This document shows, piece by piece, positions 16,152 through 16,281 of a DNA stretch of 16,281 nucleotides. Numbering within the stretch: position 1 is the first letter of the stretch; each line of letters begins with the position of its first letter. Below the pieces are notes generated by a model. That model saw nothing but the letters and a program-made list of their open reading frames with translations, had not been told where the DNA came from and made no database searches. A program made the position numbers and the translations under genes. Location of the stretch: contig JBFFUI010000043.1 of NCBI GenBank assembly GCA_041571435.1, positions 1 through 16,281 on the forward strand, read 5' to 3'. This DNA is from Sulfurimonadaceae bacterium (lineage in GTDB: Bacteria > Campylobacterota > Campylobacteria > Campylobacterales > Sulfurimonadaceae).

Positions 16152-16281
16152 ATGCAAAGAAGAAAATTTTTAAGCCTAGTCGGACTAGGTGCGGTAGCTC
16201 TAACAGCTGCTCCAGTAGCAGTAAACGCTACAGATTGGCGTGCAGAGAAGCCAGATGTATGGACAGCACACACAGTTGACG
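16152..16281 (+). CDS. soxY: Tat-exported protein, probably thiosulfate oxidation carrier SoxY (5' part only)
   Basis: Absent from the ORF track; MQRRKFLSLVGLGAVALTAAPVAVNA-TDWRAEKPDVWTAHTVD. Twin-arginine RRxFL, AxA cleavage site, RBS AAGGA. The mature start resembles Campylobacterota SoxY as I recall it. The diagnostic C-terminal GGC arm is outside the window. Confidence 0.72.
   Translation, partial: MQRRKFLSLVGLGAVALTAAPVAVNATDWRAEKPDVWTAHTVD

Noticed and set aside
16058-16273. 71-aa minus-strand ORF
   Set aside because: It is the antisense shadow of the Tat-signal gene starting at 16152.
1-16281. CRISPR arrays, IS elements, tRNA/rRNA genes
   Set aside because: No repeat-spacer periodicity, transposase, terminal inverted repeats or cloverleaf seen; intergenic gaps are all about 240 nt or less.

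Overview
Core chromosomal region of a sulfur-oxidising Campylobacterota (Sulfurimonas-like, inferred from the protein sequences and the TGnTATAAT promoter style). Gene order: leuA (5' part, -), pirin, patatin, acpH (-), orphan soluble histidine kinase (-), glnA (-), PHP histidinol-phosphatase (-), U32/TrhP-like, POTRA-less Omp85 beta-barrel (-), purE, DUF89/ARMT1 phosphatase, glyQ, recD2, di-heme cytochrome c peroxidase, perR-like regulator (-), and the Tat-signal start of a probable soxY. I see no mobile element, CRISPR array, tRNA or rRNA. Three observations stand out. (1) An identical 20-bp Fur/PerR-type palindrome lies at the -35 position of both the peroxidase promoter and the soxY-facing promoter, suggesting one regulator couples peroxide defence to thiosulfate oxidation. 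(2) acpH appears to start at a non-canonical ATC codon. (3) An Omp85-family barrel with no POTRA domains lies between the U32 gene and purE. All family calls are by motif recognition; no database searches were run.
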